Assembly: GCF_000737315.1 (NCBI RefSeq)
Contig: NZ_JMCB01000006.1
Location: 248,001-312,000, forward strand
Reading direction: 5' to 3'
Length of the DNA: 64,000 bases
From: Hyalangium minutum
GTDB taxonomy: Bacteria; Myxococcota; Myxococcia; Myxococcales; Myxococcaceae
Shown here in pieces: positions 58,777 through 64,000 of this stretch (the first letter of the stretch is position 1; the number at the start of each line of letters is the position of its first letter). The notes under the pieces were generated by a model. It was not told where the DNA came from and searched no databases. It worked only from the letters and a program-made list of their open reading frames with translations. The translations under genes and the position numbers were made by a program.

Positions 58777-61200
58777 CTAGAAGGGGCTCCCGTTCACGCG
58801 GACGCCCGGCGAGGACTGGCTGGACGACAGCGAGGTGTGCAGGACGAAGGTGGCCGTGTTGACGCCGTCCGGGCTCCGATTGGCCGACACGCCGTCCGTT
58901 CCGGTGAGCGTCGTGCCGAACGTGGCCGAGTCCACCGTCACTCCCCCGCTCTTCACCGTCACCGTATCGCCGCTGTTGGACAGATTGAGGCCTCCGGTCG
59001 AGGCGGCCACCGCGTTGGTGAGCCCGCCCGGAATCCCCGCAGGGCCGCCGAAGACCACGATGGCCCGGCCCGCGCCCAGCACCGTGCCGCTGGCGAAGAC
59101 GTGCCGCACGCTCACCGCGTCCGAGATCGTCCACCCGGAGATGTCCACCGCCGCACCACCCGAGTTCACCAACTCCACGAACTCGTACGCCTCCGCGCCC
59201 GCGCCACCAGGCTCATTGATGAGCACCTCGTTAAGGAACACGAGGCCATCGCCCGTGCCGGTGCCGCCGTCCGCCACGCCACCGTCCGCACCGCCCGACA
59301 CGGTGATGGTGAAGGACGCATTGCTCGTGTCGTTGAGAGCAGAGTTGGAGGCATCGCTCACCCGGACCTTGGCGGCACTGGTGGCCACGTTCGGCACCGT
59401 CCACGTGTAGCTGCCCGAGGAGGCCGTGCTCGAGGTGATGGTCGTCCAGGCGCTGCCATCCAGCGTGTACTCCAGCTTCGCGTTCACCACGCCCGAGGAG
59501 GTCCAGGTGATGGCGTGGCTGCTGCCGCCCACCCAGCTCTCACCGCCGTTGGGCGAGTTCACCGTGATGCTCGCGGTGGTGGTGCCGCCGGGGATGAGGA
59601 AGTCCTTGATGATGGCCATGTGCTGCATGTTGGTGGAGCCACTGTCGCCCGACTGCGCGGGGGAGATCTCCGAGATCGGCGAGTACACGCGCGTGTCCAC
59701 CACCAAGCCTGCGGGGAACGTGCTGGAGCCAATCACCGTGGCCACCTGGTACTGGCGCAGGTCCGCGTCCACCAGCACGTGGTCATACGGCTTGGAGCGG
59801 CCCGCGTTGGTGTTGTTGTTGCCGTTGCGGTCGGCCGGGTACGGGCTGCTCGTCGTCACCACCGAGGAGAAGGTGCTGAAGCACGACTCGCTGCGGTTGT
59901 CGGTGTTGAAGTCACCGCCGATGGCCAGGTAGTCGCCCTGGGGGACGTTGGCGTTGATGAAGTTGACCAGATTGCCGGCCTCGGTGTTGCGCACGCCCGC
60001 GCCCGAGGTCAGCAGGTGCACGCTCACCACCCAGAGGTCCCTCGGCCCCGGCACATCGATGCGCGCCCACGCGAAGTCGCGGTTGCTCACCTGGGTGTCG
60101 GTCCACTCGCCCGCGGCGATGATCGGGTAGCGGCTGATCACCCCGTTGGGGATCTGCGCACCCGTCTCGCGGTAGTAATAGAAGTTGGGACCGAACGTGG
60201 TGTCCACGAAGCCCCGGATGTCCGCGGACGAGTTGCTCCCGTAGTTGAACTCCTGGATCATCACCACGTCCGGCTTGGTGCCCTGCATGATGCGGATGCC
60301 GTGCCCCGGATCGTAGCTCTGCAGGTTGCCGCTGGAGATGTTGGCCGCCATGAGGCGGATGAGCGTGGAGCTCGGCGGCGGCGTGCCGCCATCCGTGCCC
60401 GTGCCACCGTCCGTGCCCGTGCCACCGTCCGTGCCCGTGCCCGCATCGCCCGGGAAGCCCGCGTCCACCGGACCGGCATCCGGGGTCGGCTCAGGACCCG
60501 CATCAACGACTGGACCGGCGTCCGGGGTCGGCTCAGGACCCGCATCAACGACTGGACCGGCATCCGGGGTCGGCTCAGGACCCGCATCAACGACTGGACC
60601 GGCGTCCGGGGTCGGCTCAGGGCCCGCATCAACAACTGGACCGGCGTCCGGGGTCGGCTCAGGGCCCGCATCAACGACTGGACCGGCATCCGGGGTTGGC
60701 TGCGTTCCAGCATCCACCGGAGGCTGGGTACCGGCGTCCGTCTGAGGCTCCGTGCCTGCGTCCACCGGAGGCTGGGTGCCCGCGTCCACGCCCCCATCCA
60801 CCCCATCGGAGCCCGCATCGCTGGAGCCGGTGCCTCCGTCGTTCCCCGTCCCGCCGTCACGGCCCGGGCCCGCGTCCGTCCTCAGCCAGTCACACTGATC
60901 CTTGGGCTGGCAGTACCCACCGGCGCCGCCATCCTCACCGCCGCCGCAGCACTCGACTCCCTCGTCTCCACACTGAGCCAAGGCATCGCAGGGGCGCAGG
61001 CACAGGTAGCGCTCATAGACATCCACGTACCGGCACTGCTCGCCGGGAGCGCACGCGCCCGCATCCAGCTCGGAGCACTCGACCCACGCGCCACCGTCCG
61101 GCAGAGGCGGCACCTCCGGAATCGGGTCCGGGTTGCACGCCTGCATCACCACTACGAGCGCCAGCCCCGCCCCCAGGAGGCTCGAGATCGTCTTCTTCAT
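58777..61200 (-). CDS. Secreted lipoprotein with an endonuclease/exonuclease/phosphatase domain, an Ig-like domain and a lamin-tail domain
   Basis: MAANIS, MIQEFN, SVHLL, GGDFN, YDHVL and QHMA give the EEP domain. NEVLINEP...EFVELVN..VDISGWTISD is LTD. Cys-rich N-terminus. Confidence 0.87.
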   Translation of the reverse strand: MKKTISSLLGAGLALVVVMQACNPDPIPEVPPLPDGGAWVECSELDAGACAPGEQCRYVDVYERYLCLRPCDALAQCGDEGVECCGGGEDGGAGGYCQPKDQCDWLRTDAGPGRDGGTGNDGGTGSSDAGSDGVDGGVDAGTQPPVDAGTEPQTDAGTQPPVDAGTQPTPDAGPVVDAGPEPTPDAGPVVDAGPEPTPDAGPVVDAGPEPTPDAGPVVDAGPEPTPDAGPVVDAGPEPTPDAGPVDAGFPGDAGTGTDGGTGTDGGTGTDGGTPPPSSTLIRLMAANISSGNLQSYDPGHGIRIMQGTKPDVVMIQEFNYGSNSSADIRGFVDTTFGPNFYYYRETGAQIPNGVISRYPIIAAGEWTDTQVSNRDFAWARIDVPGPRDLWVVSVHLLTSGAGVRNTEAGNLVNFINANVPQGDYLAIGGDFNTDNRSESCFSTFSSVVTTSSPYPADRNGNNNTNAGRSKPYDHVLVDADLRQYQVATVIGSSTFPAGLVVDTRVYSPISEISPAQSGDSGSTNMQHMAIIKDFLIPGGTTTASITVNSPNGGESWVGGSSHAITWTSSGVVNAKLEYTLDGSAWTTITSSTASSGSYTWTVPNVATSAAKVRVSDASNSALNDTSNASFTITVSGGADGGVADGGTGTGDGLVFLNEVLINEPGGAGAEAYEFVELVNSGGAAVDISGWTISDAVSVRHVFASGTVLGAGRAIVVFGGPAGIPGGLTNAVAASTGGLNLSNSGDTVTVKSGGVTVDSATFGTTLTGTDGVSANRSPDGVNTATFVLHTSLSSSQSSPGVRVNGSPF
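60457..60699 (-). repeat. 42-bp (PTPDAGPVVDAGPE) coding tandem repeat, 5 full copies plus a partial one
   Basis: Read directly in DNA and protein. Confidence 0.9.
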
Positions 61201-61459
61201 GTATCAACCGCTTTCTAGAAACCGGTGGAGGCGAACATCGGTCGGCGCCGGCACGCGAACGACACGCGAGAGTATACGGTGAAGTCAGCCGGGGCCGCGC
61301 GGGTCTCGGAGGAGAAAATGTGGCCGCCTGCTTCCTCTGACACTCCGTGAAACAACGTTTTGCGCCACCCTGATCTTTGGTGAAGGTGGACAACCTCCCG
61401 GGGCGCGGACGTAGCGTGCACCGCGTGAGACTTCCGGTAGGTGTAGGAGCCTGGCAACG

Positions 61460-62218
61460 ATGAAGCCAAAGCAGGTGCGGGTGCGCCTCTATGGAGCGCT
61501 GAACGACTTCCTCCCGCCCGAGCGCCGGGGCACTGAGTTCCTCCACACCTTCGCGGGAACACCCTCGGTGAAGGACCTGCTGGAGTCGCTCGGGCCGCCG
61601 CACCCCGAGGTGGATGTCATCCTCGTGGACGACGCGGCGGTGGACTTCTCTCACCGCGTCGAGGACGGCGCGCGCGTGGCGGCCTACCCCGCGTTCCACT
61701 CGCTCGACGTGACGCCCATGACCCGGGTGGGACTGCCACTGCCCGAGGAGCCGCGCTTCGCGCTCGATGTAGGCCTGGGGCGGCTGGCGGGCTTCCTGCG
61801 GATGCTCGGCTTCGACACCCTGTGGCGCAACGACTTTGCAGATGACGAGCTTTCTCGGCTCTCAAGAGACGAGGAGCGCGTGGTGCTGACGAGAGACTTG
61901 GGGCTGCTCAAGCGCGCCGAGGTGCGCCACGGCTACTACCCGCGCAACACGGACCCCGCGCACCAGTTGGTGGAGGTGGTGCGCCGCTACCAGCTCGCCT
62001 CGCGCATGAAGCCCTTCACCCGCTGCCTGGCGTGCAACGCGCCGCTGGAGGTGGCCGGGAAGGACGAAGTGCTCGACCGCATCCCCGAGGGCGTGGCCGC
62101 CACGCACTCGCGCTTCCAGCAGTGCCACGAGTGCAAGCGCGTCTACTGGCCCGGCACGCACCACCAGCGCATGCAAGCCCTGGTGGACAAGCTGCGCGAG
62201 CTCGAGCACGAGGCCTGA
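61460..62218 (+). CDS. Ubiquitin-like + Mut7-C RNase domain protein
   Basis: LNDFLP...SVKDLLESLGPPHPEVD, LDVGLGRLAGFLRMLGFDT, LTRD, RCLACN...CHECKRVYWPGTH. Confidence 0.9.
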   Translation: MKPKQVRVRLYGALNDFLPPERRGTEFLHTFAGTPSVKDLLESLGPPHPEVDVILVDDAAVDFSHRVEDGARVAAYPAFHSLDVTPMTRVGLPLPEEPRFALDVGLGRLAGFLRMLGFDTLWRNDFADDELSRLSRDEERVVLTRDLGLLKRAEVRHGYYPRNTDPAHQLVEVVRRYQLASRMKPFTRCLACNAPLEVAGKDEVLDRIPEGVAATHSRFQQCHECKRVYWPGTHHQRMQALVDKLRELEHEA

Positions 62219-62225
62219 AGGCCGC

Positions 62226-63170
62226 TCACCGCACCGGCTGCCCCAGCCGCTCCCATCGCACGTGCCAGTCCGGGCCGAGAGAGAAGTGCACGGAGACGGC
62301 CACGCCCTTCACGCTGAGCTCAGGCACTCCACCCCAGAAGCGGGAGTCGTAACTGTTCGTGCGGTTGTCCCCGAGCACGAAGAGCTGCCCCACGGGCACG
62401 GCACATCCGCCATCCTTCGGCTCCAGGCCCTGGGGGCAGCGTCCGTCCTCCGCGGGGAAGCGGCCCTCATGCGCGAAGGCCAGGTCGTGCCTCACACGGT
62501 AGCGGCGCGAACCGAGGACTTCTTCGTACTCCTCGCAGTCTCCTCCCTCCGTGGGCCCCTCGGCCGACTCGCAGGAGCCCACCAACTTCCGCTCCAAGGG
62601 CTGCCCGTTGAGGAGGACCACGCCGTTGCGTATCGCCACGGTGTCTCCGCCTCGGGCGACCACGCGCTTCACGAAGTCCTGCTCCGGCTTCTGGGGATCG
62701 GGAAAGACGATGATCGAGCCACGCTCAATGGGCTGCCACTGCCAGGGGGTGCGCACCGTGCGATCCGCCACGAACTGATCCCCTTGAAGCAGGGTCGGCT
62801 CCATGCTCGAGCCCGGCACCCAGAAGGGCTCGGCAATGAACCTGCGGTTGAGCCTCGCGGCGGCCTGGCCCGAGAGCAGGAACGCCACGGCCAGCACGGC
62901 GGCCCGCCCCGTGCTCGGGAGACCTCGGGAGGAAGGGCGTAACAGCGCCGCATCGATGATGGAGCCCAGCTGCAGCACCACGATGAGCACCGCCCCCGCC
63001 ACGCCCGTGAACAGCAGCGAGGCCTGCAACAGGAGCAGCGCGAGAAACCATGCCAGCCCCCGCTGCCACCGGCCCAGCACCCCGTGACCCGCTCCCGCCG
63101 GAGTACATAGCGCCACGAGCACTGCCACCGTCCGGCGCCGCCAGCCCACCTTTCCTTCTTCACCCACCAT
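62226..63170 (-). CDS. lepB: Signal peptidase I
   Basis: GSSMEPTL, FVKRV, LGDNRTNSYDSR, with N-terminal TM segments. Confidence 0.92.
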   Translation of the reverse strand: MVGEEGKVGWRRRTVAVLVALCTPAGAGHGVLGRWQRGLAWFLALLLLQASLLFTGVAGAVLIVVLQLGSIIDAALLRPSSRGLPSTGRAAVLAVAFLLSGQAAARLNRRFIAEPFWVPGSSMEPTLLQGDQFVADRTVRTPWQWQPIERGSIIVFPDPQKPEQDFVKRVVARGGDTVAIRNGVVLLNGQPLERKLVGSCESAEGPTEGGDCEEYEEVLGSRRYRVRHDLAFAHEGRFPAEDGRCPQGLEPKDGGCAVPVGQLFVLGDNRTNSYDSRFWGGVPELSVKGVAVSVHFSLGPDWHVRWERLGQPVR

Positions 63171-63197
63171 GGCCCAGCTCTCTCACGGCCCGAGTGC

Positions 63198-64000
63198 TCA
63201 GCTCAAGGCCTCACTGCACCGGGGGCACACCTCGCTCTCCTGCTCCACCTCTTCCGCGAACCCGCCGCAGCGCGGGCACTTCGCGCCCCAGGCAGGCAGC
63301 ACCTCGGCCGCCAGCTCCGCGCCGTTCCATGCCTGGGCCAGCGCGAGCGGCCGCGCCTTCGGCCCAGGCTCATCCACCAGCTCCACCTGGCTCACCCGGA
63401 ACAGCGCGGGCAGCTCTTCGATGTGCGCGAGGAGAAAGGCTTTCGCCTCACCGGCCGCCGCGAGCACCACCCGTGCATTCAGAGAGGAGCCGAGCCGCTC
63501 CTCTCGCAGTGTCTCCTCGATGAGAACCCGCACCGCGCTGCGCATGGCCAGGAGCCGCGCGTACCGCTCCGCCAGCTCCGGGTCCATGGGCCCCACGGGC
63601 TGGGGCAGGTCCGTCAGAAAGACACTCTCCGCAGACCGGCCCGGGAGCTGCTGCCAGGCCTCCTCGGCCGTGAAGCTCAGGATGGGCGCCAGCAGCCGCA
63701 GCAGCGAGGAAGCCACCTCGAACAGCACAGTCTGCGCGCTCCGCCGCTCCCGCCCCGAGGCACTCGCCGTGAGGAGCCGATCCTCGATGATGGCGAAGTA
63801 CGTCGCGGACAGCTCCGCCGCGCAGAAGTCCATCACATCCGAGTGCACGCGGTGAAGCGCGTGAGCCTCATAGGCCTCGCGCACGCGCGCCACCATCTCC
63901 GACAGCCGTCCCCGCGCCCACGCATCCAGCGGGAGCAACTGCGAGGCGGGCACGGAGTCCCTCGCGGGCTCGAAGCCGGAGAGGTGGCCCAGCGCGAAGG
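63198..64000 (-). CDS. C-terminal (anticodon-binding + Zn finger) part of an isoleucyl-tRNA synthetase or IleRS-like protein, 5' truncated by the window
   Basis: The frame stays open to the window edge (FALGHLSGFEPARDSVPASQ...). RRSAQTVL, LAPILSFTAEEAW and CPRC...CPRC are present. Confidence 0.8.
   Translation of the reverse strand, partial: FALGHLSGFEPARDSVPASQLLPLDAWARGRLSEMVARVREAYEAHALHRVHSDVMDFCAAELSATYFAIIEDRLLTASASGRERRSAQTVLFEVASSLLRLLAPILSFTAEEAWQQLPGRSAESVFLTDLPQPVGPMDPELAERYARLLAMRSAVRVLIEETLREERLGSSLNARVVLAAAGEAKAFLLAHIEELPALFRVSQVELVDEPGPKARPLALAQAWNGAELAAEVLPAWGAKCPRCGGFAEEVEQESEVCPRCSEALS

Overview
GC-rich myxobacterial (Myxococcales, Cystobacterineae-like) chromosomal window with about 55 protein-coding genes. 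The taxon is inferred from MYXO-CTERM-type proteins, tandem lspA genes, an F0-only atp operon and Ser/Thr kinases. I found no rRNA, tRNA, CRISPR array, integrase or transposase. Housekeeping genes: ychF, atpZ/I-atpB-atpE-atpF, hemL, rnz, a kdsC-like gene, lgt, two lspA genes, lepB and the 3' part of an ileS-like gene. Accessory loci that look conflict- or defence-related: (1) a lipoprotein-like polymorphic toxin gene broken by a 4-bp TTTG duplication, next to an intact immunity-like partner (122-2853); (2) a two-gene module of a P-loop ATPase plus a protein with 15 near-identical 48-aa TPR-like repeats whose variation concentrates at a 3-residue site (11386-16043), an NLR-like sensor candidate and the most striking signal here; (3) an ABC-ATPase + TOPRIM/DUF4435-like pair with PARIS architecture (56771-58638); (4) a kinase-STAND-TPR protein. 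Other oddities: a PilT paralog with a duplicated N-domain and a long Pro/Ala repeat linker, an orphan H-NOX, an HTH-citrate synthase fusion, and a divergent IleRS C-terminus at the right edge. All family calls come from motif recognition by eye, without database searches. Several start codons were moved from the ORF track.
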